Shown: one piece after another, positions 12,743 through 26,117 of the stretch
Numbering within the stretch: the stretch's first letter is position 1
Layout of the letters: each line of letters starts with the position of its first letter
Assembly: GCA_001642005.1 (NCBI GenBank)
Contig: LWCA01000022.1
Coordinates: forward strand, 1-64,000
Reading direction: 5' to 3'
Length of the DNA stretch: 64,000 nt
Origin: Intoshia linei
Taxonomy: Eukaryota > Animalia > Orthonectida
Translations under genes and position numbers: made by a program
The notes under the pieces: model-generated
What the model saw: the letters and a program-made list of their open reading frames with translations, nothing else
The model's database searches: none
What the model was told of the DNA's origin: nothing

Positions 12743-15700
12743 ATGTCTTACAAAAAAAATATTCTTAAAAAACATTTCTCTTGTACATCTCTATCGGGTG
12801 CAACGCATCCGTCATCCTCGCCTCTTCTTGAAAATAAACGAAAAAACGTATTTCTTTCACTGTCTCTATTTAATAGTTCTTTAGTACTTTAATCGTAATA
12901 TGTTATTTTCGGCTATAACTATATATCTCGGTACAACGTTTCAATGGGGATATAATATATCCACATTTAATATATTGAATAAGGTAAAAAATAAAATTAT
13001 TTAATATATCTCAAATGCAGTTTATCAATAATCATTATTATAAAGCTACAGGGCTGAGTGGACTATGGTACCACACAATTTCAACTGCAATTTATGTTGC
13101 TGGTTCTGTTATTGGAGTAATTTTTAGTGGCTTTTTCGCTAATAAATTTGGAAGGCATTTATATATTCCATATAAAATTTTATTTGTATATAGAAAAAAA
13201 ATTTTATTAATTGCTCAGTTTATCGGTATCATTGGAGGATTAATACAATTTTTTACGTACATCTTTATTATGCCATATTTATTACCAATTGGAAGATTTG
13301 TCACGGGATGGCAATGTGGTATATAATTTTAATTACATATTGTATATAAATAATAAAAGTAACATTAAATTTAATAGGAATTGGAACACACATAGGAACC
13401 ATCTATTTAACAGAAATTTGTCCACAACTGTATCGTGGAGCCGTGGGTACATTGACCGAGTTTACACTTATGGTTGGTATTTTATGTGGAAACTTTCTCG
13501 CATTAAATGATATATTCGGTAAAAATTCATATAACGTTATAAACCAATGGCTCCCAAACTGTTTTATAACGGTCGCAATTTTTCGACTTTAAACTACAGT
13601 GCATTTCAACAATATAATTACAAATTTGTATTAAAAATTGTTGGAATTTGTAATTATGACGTTGGAATATATAATTATATTGTTGGAATGCACTTTAAAT
13701 ATAATGTTACACAGAAAAACAGTGATTATTTCAGATATATACATAAACTTTTCATTTAAATTAAAAATTTTTACTAGATTATATAAATTAGGTGATCTCT
13801 GGTACGTAAAAATTTTTCCTGGGAAATTCCCGGGACCAGGGATTTCCTTTAATTTAATTTTTAATTTAATTTTTAATTTCTCGTTTCTCGACTTTTGTCA
13901 TTTCCCGGGAAATCACAATCACTATCTAATATTGACAATGCAGAAACTAATTTAATTATCTCATAAAAAATAATTGTACAACTGATTAAAGTGAACTATA
14001 CAATATGATATCATGATTCCCATGTATCTATGGTTTCTGTCTTTTTCGTTAAGCAACAATAAATACATTTAAAATAAAATAAAATGTAAACAAATAAACA
14101 CAATTATGTAATTTACAATGATGCAAACTTCTTTAAGAGTATAATCAAAATCTTGCGTAACTTAGTCATTATTCTCTATGAATGGCTCTAGTAATGATAT
14201 ATTAAATTTTGCCCTAACTCACATTTGAGAGTTTTTACCATAGTTCATTGTATAGCTCTAGTAATTAGCTCTAGTTGTTTACTTGAAGAGTTTAACAAAA
14301 ATCAATGTTAATGTTTAATTCATAAATTTGGGTATTTCCTAGTTTAATTGATACAATGAAGTTCTTCTTTATCCCCCATGGTCGTTGGGAGAAAGGTATT
14401 CCTATTAACGCTAACTACGTCTAGATGGGAATATTAATAAATCTTACATTTTTACTGAATGTAAGATAAAAAAATAAAATATTTGAAATGAGGTAACTAT
14501 TCCTTCAAAAAAAAATATATTTGAAATGAGGTAACTATCCATTCCAAAACAACAAAATATGGTATATATTGTGGTTAACTACCACTAAAAATACGTTAAC
14601 CATTCTAAGTTTGTAAAAGGATCAATATTACAGTGAGGCTAACTAGCCTTTAGATATTTGGATAACTTCCATAAGTAGGTCTGAGTACAGAATGTTAACA
14701 ATAAAAAGAGAAACACTAATGCTTTAGTGTTTTACAAACATGATAAATAAAAATACATATTCTTGACAAAAAAATAATTTAGGTAACTACTTATCTAGAA
14801 TTATAAAATATAAATAACCAAACTATTTTATGTGTTTATTGTGGATTTATTTCTATATTTCCACAGGGCTATAGTTTCTTTGTTTCTATCGACTCTTCGC
14901 TGTAACTCAGTTTTTTCGTCGTAGCTAGTATTCATTTCGATAATGTTTTTATCGATAATTGAGCAGAGGTTGTCTCGTTTCTATCTGCATATAAATTCTT
15001 TCTCTATACGATTTTATAGAAATTGTATACAATTTCTACAAATAAAAGGGATTTTAACAGAATCCTTTAGAAGAAGGTCCGTACAAGATAAATGAAACCA
15101 ATCTTCGCAAAGTTCACATTGAACAATTCCCTATACTGAATTTTGTGGGTTTGCGGCAATAACAATACGACTCTTCAAAACTAACATTTTCTATTTTGCA
15201 AATATAGTCGTTTAAATAACGCGGCTTATTGCGTTGCCTTTTGGGGATATGTCTGGAACTACTACCTAACTGAGTACAGTCTTCATCAGAGTTATTACGT
15301 GATATCTCTAACTGAGAATTTAATGCATAGTCTACGGTATCTTCCGAATTGCTATGCTTTTGTTCATCCCACAGTCTAAATTTATTTTCACATTTACTGA
15401 CAATGGGTTTATTTTTCACGTAATTACGAGTATGGTGGGAATTATTTGGTACCGTTTTATTATAAACCTCAACCATGTGCAGCTGCAGCATGCATGCAAC
15501 TGCCTACCTATTGATAAGTACTACCGTTACGAACCACATCATAAACAGGTATGCAGTTGCACAGGGTGTCCTAGATGTCTCTAGTGCAGGTTTTACGATA
15601 AACAGCATTAACAATACAATTATGACCAGACCAATATTATTAGCCAGAGACAAAAATATAGTAAACGCTAGTATCAAAAGGATTATTAGTTTCTTGAATA

Positions 15701-18700
15701 CTACCTAATACGACAGCGACTTTATTGATCGTATAAGGCCGAGTATCAAGTATTTGATAACTGTGATGTCTGAAATGATTGATAATCTCAATGTTGCGTT
15801 GGCTGAAATTAGCAGTATTAATGATAATAACCTATCTATCAGGGAATTGGAGGTCATGATGAAAGACATCATTAAGATAGCTGAACAAAATGATGGTAAC
15901 CTGGATAGTATCATAGAAGATTATGAAACCAACGCTAAGACCTGGATCGCAACACATGTGGCGATTTCATTTTTTTGGAGTGATAAATGCTTAAAATCAA
16001 AAAAGGCCCACATGTAAAAAATTTTCTAATAAAAAAAAGACATCAAAAGTGGACACCTTATTGTACATGTTTGTACATACTTTATTGTCCGACCCCGCTT
16101 TGAGGCAAACCTCGGTGTGGGGAATACTCGGTTTTTGGGCACTTTTTCAGAATTATGTTAATTTTATAGTATTTATATCGATGCATAGCAATATATATGA
16201 CATTAATCCCGCTTCTGGGGTAAAAATGTTATAAATATAAAATATATAAGTATAATTCCTATAATGATGACATTAAATTGAAATTATATTTATTTACATT
16301 GTTAAATATTTTACATTTATTTTCATATGTATTTATCATAATTATTTAATTTTTCATTCATGCATATATTTAATATCTGATAAATTATTAATTACTATTC
16401 TAGATTAGAAAGTAACCATAATTCTAAAAATTAAGTATATAATTACAAAAATATTCATAATTTTGATTTAAGATTTTTATTAAATTTTGTATATCAGGTA
16501 TTTACCTGAAAATATTACCCTAAACAGTGTTGGACTCTAATAGAAACAAATATAATATCATAATGTATTGCAATAGTTTAAATATTCAATAAAAAATTAT
16601 ATAACTTACTAAAACCCTTGTTTTTGGGGCACTTTTCAAAAAATGGTGTCCCAATCCGAGGTCCGACTGTACTATATATTATTAAATTATAAATGATATT
16701 TTCACATTATAAAGACATGCACAATTTATTAATATGATTCCTTAGTAAACATTATAATTTTAGGAAAACCAGAAATGTGGATATATTCTCTATTTTTTAA
16801 TTCTGTTTCATCACTCATCTGTTTTATTCTTATGATGTTTATACCTGAATCTCCGAGATATCTAATGATAACACAACAAAATATCATTAAAGCCAAAACC
16901 GGTAACAATGTATTACTTGATAAATGAAATATTACTGGTACAGTAGTTTCTCGTTTATAAATACAAGAATATCTCGAATAAAGTTTATTCTATCTTTTTG
17001 AAAACTTCATATTAAATATTTATACTGAATTAATATCATATTTCTTAAAATTGTTTAAAAAAAATTAATTATTTGATTTATTTATTATATCGACAGTGAA
17101 AACTAAAATTAGCATTTAACGTTTAATTATTTTTATTAACATAAATTAAATTTAAGTATAATTAAATTTCATTTATATAACATTAAAAATGTTATATACA
17201 AAACTGAATACTAAAAATAATAAATTAAATATTCTACACTGAATGTTGATAAGAATTATAACAATAAAAATGTTGAGAATAAGATTAAAATTTAATTAAT
17301 ATTAATTAATTTACATTTAAGACTACATAATATTATTATTTATTTCCTATTTCCATTGAAAACAGAAACATTAATTTTATGTTTTTAATTTTTTGTTTTG
17401 TGAACGAAATTGGAAAATTCATCAAATTTAGTATAAAATTAAAGTACTTACTGAGTTTCTAAAAAAATTAAGTTGAACACACTAGTGTACAAGTGTATTT
17501 TATGAGAAACTGTCAATCAATTCAAAAATTATTATAAAATTTAAAAAACTGCTCTAAAATATACAATAAAAATAATAAAATATACAAATATTATTTATAG
17601 CTTTGGAATTTTTCCGAAAAAGCTATGACGTGGAAGATGAATTATATGAAATGTCGAATGAAAGCGAAGTTTTGTTTAAACATAGTATCAGCATAACAAC
17701 AATCATAAAACATCGAGTATTATTAATACCATTAATAATATCAATTTGTCTACAATTTATGAAGCAAATGAGCGGAATCAACATGGTAATTAATTGACAG
17801 TTTTTATTGCGACACGGCAATAATGGTAAATAATATACAACTAATAAATGATATACTTATTATTATTTTAGATATTTTTCTATTCCTACCAATTATATAA
17901 AAATTCTTTCGCTGAAAAGTATATTCAATACATTATCTTGACAACTAATGTCATCACTACAATTGGTATTATACCAGCGGTAATATGTTTTAATATTAAC
18001 TATATGTATAATAATAATAAATTATAATATAATAACATAATGTATTACAATTATAATAATTATTTACTTATTCATTAATATATGCGTAAAGTTTGATTCA
18101 ATAATGATATTTCAAAAAAAATGTTATCATTCGAAAACAAAATACAACGTCTGTATTCTTACAAGTATTGTTTTCTGTTTTTTATTCTTAATTGATAACT
18201 TTTTAATTAATTAAATTCCCCTAAATTTTTTTTGATAAAAAAATAATTTATTTATATTTTTAACATTTTTATGTGTCAAAATGCTTTCTGCAAAGATCAT
18301 CGTTTTTATAATACAAAAAATATACTATTAAAGTTTTCAATTCTTGTAAATTCTTTCGTTGGGCACAAGTTATTTTCGTTTTAATAATTATCATTATTAT
18401 TATAATATACAAAAAATTTTCAATAGTTTTGTTATTCGGTGATTGCGACGGGCAAAACAAAACTTCAATGAAATAGTGCAGAAAACATGTTATGCGAGTT
18501 TTTATATATTCCTGGGATGTATGTTTCTAGGCCAAAAGTTACAAATATATTAATAAAAGAATAACTAATTATTTACCACATTGTACAGTATACGCCGGAA
18601 ACGTGACCACTTTTCTAAACGATATAATAAAATTATAATAGTATAAATTAATTTCACTTCTATCAAATAACCCATAAAAATACCAATATGAAAGAAACTA

Positions 18701-21700
18701 CCGTATGCGTCACCTTTCAGCCAAGGCTATACGAAATTATTACAAAATAGGGTTCTCATTTTTAGATTCGCTTTCCAATCGATCACAAACGCATTTACCA
18801 TTTAAATTATTTATATATTACATATAAATAACATGTATATATGTGTAGATATTCCTGACTGATAAATATGGGCGTAGACCAATGATCTTGTATTCTGTTA
18901 CTGGAATGATTATAGCCATGATTTGTATATATACATTAAATACACAAATTGTTATAAATACTGACAATATCGATGTAATTTTTATTCTTTGTTATTGCTT
19001 GAAAATTTAAAGTTTAATTTCATAAACAATGTTCTGTAAAAGACGCGTATAGTCATCGAATTGGGACTGAGTAGTTTTGATGACTATAAGTGGTTTTTTA
19101 AGTGTATTTAAATGAAATACTTGATGAAAATTATCGACACGTAAAATCTTTACTTTCAATTACAAAAAGTAAAGAGCTGCTCAAAATGTCTGTAATAGCC
19201 CTGGAAATTTAACGAAATATTTTGATAGAACAAAAATTAAAAATCTAAAAATCTAAATTATAATAATTTACTATGCACTGTGCTTACATACAGAAGATTA
19301 AATTGTTTTAAGGTAAAATTTCAAAATCACCAAATCTTTAACAATATCAGGTGACCGGTTAGCTATTTTCTTCGTTATAAATGACCAGTTATTGTGAACG
19401 ATCCTAGAAATGATTCAAAAATGAAGGTTTATTGTTAGCAGTGTAAAGGAAATGGTATCGTTTGTTCTACGTCGGTGGTTCCCTATTCAAATAGTGTACG
19501 GATCCCCATTTCAAAATCATAAATATTTTATATTTCATGTTTTCTTTAAGGTATAAAAATAAAAAATAATCCAAAAAAATAAAGATTTTTTGAAGGTAGA
19601 AAAATTTGTAACCTTTGGGGCGCTGAATTAAATTTGGTATTTTATTATTAAAATTTCTATTTTTTAATGACTTATACTTTGAATAACTATTACAATTGTA
19701 AATTTTTTTCAACATTATGTGCTCGCTGAGCACTACCCATGTTGAATATCTCATGTACCATTATACTGACAATTAGTTTATTTTAAAGTTGTAGACAATG
19801 CGTGGATTTCTGGGATTGAAATTTTGTATTTATATCAACTGGAATAACCTCTATCAAAATAATTTTTTTTTTTTAATTTTCGGACCGTTAATTATTTCAC
19901 ATTATTTGTTTAAATATAATATTTCGAGAAAAAAATATATGAATACTAAAATGTTTTTTTGACCGTGAAGGCTCACTTATTTAGATTAAATTTTTTGTGT
20001 GTATTAACAGGATACAACTGTATCATCTGTAATTTTTTGATGTTCTAGGGCTGTTTTCATTTAAAAAAACAACTAATCTGGGGTTTTGACATTGAAGATA
20101 TATTTTTTTAAATTCTTGAACTCGTTTGATTATCAAAAAAAGAATAATTGGGCTTTTTGATCTGTAAGATGTGAATTTGGGAGGTTGCAATTGATCTTAC
20201 CAACACCCGGAAAAAAACTGTAATAGAAATGTGTACTTTATAAAATTATAAGACTGGTAGTTATTGAAATAAACGATAACACACACACACACCACACACA
20301 GATAAACAAAGCATATTATATAAGTAAGGATAATATAATAAAACCTAATAAATAATAATATTTATAGGATTACAAATAAATTTCAATGAATACATTCGTC
20401 CAAATTTTTTATTGAAAACGTTTTAGCAGAACCGCATCTATCTTATCCGAGACCTCTTTCTTGACATTTAATAATGCCTAAAAGTGACTTAAAATGTTTA
20501 AAACCCATTTTATCGTATTCTAAATTGATTATTTTACAAATATTGATTTTATTATCTAAATCTTGTCCTAGGTATAACATAAACAATATAAGGTACAACA
20601 AAACATTTATTAAGATGCGCCCCGCCCGAGCGCAGCATAAAAGCACATCATAAGATATACTATAACTTTATTATATGTATCGCTTAATACATATTTTAGA
20701 TTTTAAATCGAAATCATATACTATCAATATGTGGAATAGTATTTCTAGTAATATATTTAATTCTGTTTGAAATTGGATTAGGTATATACTCTATTTTTAA
20801 TTAGTTAAACATGTACATTGTACAAGTTTTGATTCTTCGTGTTAAACTTTAACCCATCAAATATAAATAATATTACAAAATATTTATGAATGCATAATTA
20901 ATATAAAACATCTTTTTTAACTAAAATGTAAAATGAGTTATCATAGAGGTGTGATGTAGGGATGGGTTATTCATATCATTAACGGTAACTGTAAATATAG
21001 CAACAATTACGCGACATACGACTACAGTTATTTCTTTAAGTTAGGTAAGTTCCTGTCAATAATCTCGATGCAACGGTTACATTTTAGTTTATGTGCACAT
21101 TTAATTGATATTCGAGACCTAAATTTTGTTATAAATATATAAATAAGGTATAAGAAACATCTTCGAGCATTCATATTAGTGAAATGATATAAAATTATAC
21201 GATGATTTCAAGACATTGCTTATAATTGGAGTAATTTCATAACATGACACATTTTTATTTTGAAACATCTATTGGTGACAAATGAGCTATTATGTTGCTA
21301 CATTACTATGTTGAGGTTCCATGCGATATTTAGAGATTTAAATTGTAAAACGGATTTTTGTAAAATATGAAATTGTAAACATATTATTAGTCGTATTATA
21401 ATATTATTATAGGACATATTTACATTTACCGGATTTATATTTCAATATCAATTTATATTATAAATTATATTTTATTTTACATTCATTTAATTTAATTTTT
21501 ATAAAAATGTTGATTCATTTTAGGATCTTTATCATGGGTAATTGTAAACGAATTATTTTTACAAGATGCCAGGTCAATAGCAGTCAGTATAGTTGCGTTT
21601 TTCAATTTAATCTTTACAATGATGATTGCGATTATTGTTCCATCGATTTTAGTAAGTATTTTAAAATATTCCATTGTGATTACATTTTTAAAACTGTATA

Positions 21701-22362
21701 ATGTTCAGTAAAAAATTTTGTAATACTTTATCACTTTCTAAAAGTAACTTTTTCAAAGTAAATTTTTTTTGGCTTGTATTTATAGCGTCAGTATTTTAAT
21801 CCGTAAAGTGTTAGTATTTTAAATAGTTTGTCAGTAAAAATATTAAATTGTCAGTATTTAAATTGGCAGGGCAGTAAAAAAATATTTTGTCAGGTCTTTA
21901 AATATAATTTCAGTATATTCTTGACTATACAGTATATACTGACAAATATGTGATTGAATACTGACAAAATAATTTTATTACTGACATTTTAATATTTATA
22001 CTGACAATTTTTGTTGAAAATACTGAAAATCTTTTATTAAAAATACTTCCCATTTTTTTTTTTTGAAGTCAAATTTTTTAAAAAATCGGTAAAAAGTATT
22101 ATTTTTAAGTAATTTTTATTTATTAGTAAAAATTTTTAGATATAATTTCGCTACTAATTTAGTCGATAAAACTGAAAATTAGAAATGTATATGTTTAATT
22201 TAGAAACAAATCCATCAACAAATATTCCTTATTTTTATTGTTCTTAGTATATTATGTAATGCCATAGCAGTAAAGTATTTACCTGAAACGAGAAAGCAAT
22301 CATTTAAACAAATTTCAAAATATTTTAAAAAGACAAAAAAAACAAAAATTCATTGTGTATAA
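12743..22362 (+). CDS. Facilitative sugar transporter, SLC2/GLUT family (MFS)
   Basis: Exons 12743-12847, 12885-12983 (FQWGYN), 13021-13154 (ANKFGR), 13194-13318 (GRFVTG), 13378-13518 (YLTEICP..YRGAVG), 16764-16901 (PESPRYL), 17601-17785 (QMSGIN), 17872-17979, 18849-18974 (DKYGRRP), 20700-20781 (FEIGLG), 21524-21651 (WVIVNELF..DAR), 22204-22362 (PETR, stop TAA). All phases are compatible; one intron is GC-AG. Confidence 0.92.
14830..15490 (-). pseudogene. Decayed integrase C-terminal tail plus PHD finger (Ginger1 or Gypsy-derived), in a GLUT intron
   Basis: PKRQRNKPRYLNDY is an integrase-tail-type motif. It is followed by YCYCRKP..., a 1-nt frameshift, then IVQCELCEDWFHLSCT...FICRNC, which completes a C4HC3 PHD finger. 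The frame continues through two stops to about 14830. Confidence 0.65.
15475..16017 (+). pseudogene. Unknown ~180-codon coding fragment broken by one in-frame stop
   Basis: ORFs 15475-15708 and 15754-16017 share a frame, separated only by TAA at 15706-15708 (readthrough YDSDFIDRIRPSIKYL). GC content is visibly higher than the flanks and the sequence looks helical and protein-like. Confidence 0.45.
19795..20330 (-). mobile_element. Helitron family A, 5' portion
   Basis: Same internal sequence and terminus (plus strand ...ACACACAC...GCATATTATATAAGTAAGGA|T). Further partial copies lie at about 170-370, 1490-1925, 22670-22910, 38560-38980, 39620-39760, 42183-42876, 47758-48300, 51991-52725, 56497-56792 and 62450-62980. 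Confidence 0.75.
21700..22100. repeat. Foldback-like element of short repeats in inverted arrangement
   Basis: Several (G)TCAGTA-based units at 21705-21920 are mirrored by (T)ACTGAC/ACTGAA units at 21937-22030 around a centre near 21930. Confidence 0.55.
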
Positions 22363-23481
22363 ATTTATTGTATTAATTTTCCATTGGATAAATAAATATA
22401 TTAGATTTTAATTTACTTAACTTCCATGACACGATCATTTTGGGATTAATTTATCACTACAATTTTTTATTTACAGATTTTTTGTTCTTGATTAAAGTTT
22501 CATAAAAATAAAGACGTCCTTAATAATGAGTTACATTTTCCATAAAATTTCTAATGCAGGAACCTAGTATTGATATTGCATTATAACAATATTATATCTA
22601 AGGATAATAGCACGGTAAGCCGAATTTAGCGTATATTAAACGAATACAGTTGTATTTAGTACAGCTGGTACCAGCCCTGATTATGATTTTAAAAAATATC
22701 CCAGAATTTATGTTTTATAAAATTTTATAACTTTTTTTATTTTTAATACAAATGGTGATTTAAAGTCATAATCGTGAAAATGTATATTTCTGGAGCTGAG
22801 ATTTACGCCAATGTTAATGATTTGATAACGTGTCCCAAAATACATGTCTGTTTACATTTTATGGTTGATTTTACTTTAAAAAAAAAACCAACTCGGTTTT
22901 TGACTTTGACTCCCGACAATAGCTTGCAGTTTTACGAAAAATAAATGTGGTTACAAAATAAAATCAACAAATTATTTTTTTAAGTGAATTAATAATAAAA
23001 CAAAACAACTATATCGAAAGTGAAAATATCAGTGTAAAAAAAAATAATTAAAAAATACATAATTACAGAACTGAGTACAGTGATAAAACGTCAATTAATT
23101 GTAGAGTTATAATTGTACCATAATTATATATACAGAAAGAATATTTATGAAAGATAAAGAAATATAAAATTTAAATTGGATCAATGTTTATTATTTTAGG
23201 TTTATTGTTAGGTTTATTATAATTTTAAAATTTATTGAAATAAATTAACAAAGTTGTTGTTGATATGACATTTAATGTTGCTATTATGTTAATTTTATTT
23301 TTTAGTAAAATGCTTTTTTATCTTTATTTCTAACATAATATTCTAATTTTAATAATTAACTTTAATTAACTATACATTTTGTGTAGGAACAACTATAAAA
23401 CGTATCAAATTATTTTAATATTTAAAAAATGAAATGTATATGCAAAATATAGTTTATAAGGTTGAAATGCTATATACAATT

Positions 23482-23669
23482 ATCGCTTCTCGAGCTTTTG
23501 GCTCGGATCAAAAAGTGTAGTATCTGTTCTTACAAGCGTAATTTCTTGTACGCTACCCACGTGGTAGCACAGAAGTTATCTCTATTTTTAGCATTTGGTG
23601 ATTGTTTCTTGCTTGCAAGGTCTTCACCACGGGTTGTTATGTCCTTGCACTAATGACGTGTACAGCCCA
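23482..23669 (+). ncRNA. U2: U2 spliceosomal snRNA (divergent)
   Basis: 5' end ATCGCTTCTCG; branch-site region GTGTAGTATCTGTTCTT; stem IIa TACAAG/CTTGTA; stem IIb GCTACC/GGTAGC; Sm-like site ATTTTTAG; stem III GGTGA...TCACC; stem IV GGGTTGT...ACAGCCC with TTGCACT loop; length about 188 nt. Confidence 0.93.
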
Positions 23670-24779
23670 ATAATTAATTAAAATAGATTTTGTAAAGTAA
23701 AATATGAATGCTATATTTTTCAATTTAATGGTTTTCTAACTAACTGTTGTTTTTAATTTTACATAAGTATACACTCTTTTTAATACAATACATATTATTA
23801 TTAAAAAATTTATGTTTTCATATTAGAAGCGTAATTTTTCAATTAAAAATCAAATTGTTTTATATATGCAAAATGAGATAAAAAATTTTAATCATGCTTT
23901 TAGGTGCCGCAATTTTTTGAAATTTTATAAAGGTTCTGCGCCATAAAAAAAGTTGAGAAACACTGGATTAACCCTTTTAAATGACTGAATAAAAATTTAA
24001 AATTTGCTAAATTTTGACTAAAAATTGCTTTTTCTTATGAAATTTTCTTTTTTGATAACATTGACTTTTTCAATAAAATATTTAATGTATCCATTTGAAA
24101 ATTTCTCAGTTAGTTAATTCAAATGATATACGTATTAATACGTATTAAACGATAAACGATAATTCAATAAATACGAATGGAATTCAATATTTTAATATTT
24201 CTGGGTCGTTTTAATGTTAAAAATTAATATTATTTAAATTTATCTAAATTTATAAAAAATTTAAAAAAATTTCGAATATTAAAATGATTGTCATTATTTA
24301 AAAGTTTACAAAAATTGTCCGAAATATTTTCATATTTTTTTAAATCAAACGGAATAATAACAATCATTGAACCTGTAGTGAAAAATCATTTTCAACATTA
24401 ATTAATTTTATTAAATTAACTATTATAGTTGAAATATGTTTTTTTTTAATATTATATAATTTTTTTAAAAATGACGAAGTTTGTTTGTGAACTGTGTCAA
24501 AAATAAAGATTTTTTATTAATATTAGTGTCACAGGATCTGTTATATCTTGAAATTATAATAAATGCACTAGTCTATCGGATATAATAGATATGCACGTTT
24601 TTTAAAACATTGGTTTTTTTATTCAATTTTTGGTTCATAAATTGGTACAGTTTTTAAAAAGGTATCCTTTTAATTCAAAATGTTGATTAAATCCCCGAAA
24701 TAATTAATCAAAATTATTATCGCATAAAGTTTGCCGTTAATTAAGGACGAATTAAACTTGATTACGTATATTATGACGA

Positions 24780-25518
24780 AATAAACTACATTGTTCAGAT
24801 ATTTCTTAAAATATTCATTAAATCACCAAATTGTTTAATAATGAATGTGCCAAAAATCCGACATTTAACGTTCAATATTTACAAGTCTGACTGTATTTAT
24901 AGCATTGTCTGCAACGCAGCAAAGAACTTTAGCCCCACAATTCTGTAGTTCCAGTATTATTCTATTCAAATGCTCATACAATTTGTCACCACTCTGTTCT
25001 TCCATTTCGACGCTACTCCAATAAAATACTTTTTTGTTGGTATATAACATGACAAATGTCTGACTGAGTTGACTGGGTTATTCCACAAATCAAGCATTAT
25101 GGATATTAGCTCAGATTTAAAGTATGGTTGCATATTTAATTTAATTTTTAAGAATAAAGTTTTAATTCTTTTAGATATTATAAATCTTGATTTGCAATGC
25201 ACACAATAAGCTCACTGAAAAATAGGGTCTTCTACAATGTTGAACGGCAAAACGTGATTGCAACAACACGTTGCAATTAAGTAATAGACTTGTCTGTCTA
25301 TATAAGGCAAACTTGGAAATTTTTCATCTTTCTTAATTGCTAAAATACTCGTTATTTTTGGCGTGCCAGAAACATTGTCCAAGTCACCATGCATTTTTAA
25401 ATGATTCCTCAATGACGCCATGTGTGAATGAGAATTTATGTATTAGATTCTTTTTGAGCATACTAAACATTGCATGTAATTAACTTCGTCTTTTTTAAAG
25501 TGTTTTAGTGAATTCATG
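24780..25518 (-). pseudogene. Decayed hAT transposase, N-terminal half (BED finger plus start of catalytic core)
   Basis: QCLVC...SLRNHLKMH (BED zinc finger), LPFNIVEDPIF, IMLDLW (first catalytic D), CCVADNAIN (second D). In-frame stops and a frameshift. Confidence 0.75.
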
Positions 25519-25895
25519 CTGTTGAACGATAATATAAAATGATAATAAGAGGTTTTATTCTAAATCAATTCAAATTGTGATTATACATCAAAATTTTATA
25601 GTATTTAAAAAATTGATTAATTTTGCTGGTAATAAAACAGCTATGTTGGTATCATACTTGGTGATAAATATTGAATTGAAATAATTTATGTTAAAATATA
25701 TACTATAATTACGTAAAAATAAATAAGTTATATAAATAACAAAATTTGTAATATAAAATTTAGATTCATAACTTTATTTAGTATGTTAAAAGTACGTTAT
25801 TAGCACTGTGCCAATAACGTATTTTTTATAAAATAAACAACAAACGTACTTATGGTCGCACTATTTAAATAAAAATATCCCGACTAATTTTAACA

Positions 25896-25950
25896 TCAGA
25901 TACAGGGTTTCTAATCAGACGTCATATGTCCCTACCTGTGGTATCATCAT
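25896..25950 (-). ncRNA. SNORD74: Box C/D snoRNA, SNORD74/snR64-like (copy A)
   Basis: Box C ATGATGA; guide AGGTAGGGACA followed by T and D' ATGA; C'-like CTGATTA; box D CTGA; terminal stem TAACA/TGTTA. The guide is complementary to conserved LSU rRNA UGUCCCUACCU, and the D'+5 rule selects the C equivalent to human 28S Cm3820 (numbering recalled). Confidence 0.85.
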
Positions 25951-25966
25951 TTGTTAATTAAAATAA

Positions 25967-26021
25967 TCAGAAATTAGTTTTTATCATAATATTTCAATGA
26001 GATTCCCAATAATTTCATCAT
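25967..26021 (-). ncRNA. SNORD79: Box C/D snoRNA, SNORD79-like
   Basis: Box C ATGATGA; guide TGGGAATCTC followed by A and D' TTGA; C' ATGATAA; box D CTGA. Complementary to LSU rRNA GAGAUUCCCA; D'+5 is the A equivalent to human Am3809 (numbering recalled). Confidence 0.8.
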
Positions 26022-26062
26022 AAAAAAGTACGTAAAACTCATCGAAAGTATTAATTTTGAAA

Positions 26063-26117
26063 TCAGATACAGGGTTTCTAATCAGACGTCATATGTCCCT
26101 ACCTGTGGTATCATCAT
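26063..26117 (-). ncRNA. SNORD74: Box C/D snoRNA, SNORD74/snR64-like (copy B)
   Basis: Core identical to copy A (58-nt perfect direct repeat at 25895-25952 and 26062-26119), with a different terminal stem TTTTGA/TCAAAA. Confidence 0.85.

Noticed and set aside
23462-23653. 63-aa ORF
   Set aside because: It overlaps the U2 snRNA entirely and is a chance ORF.
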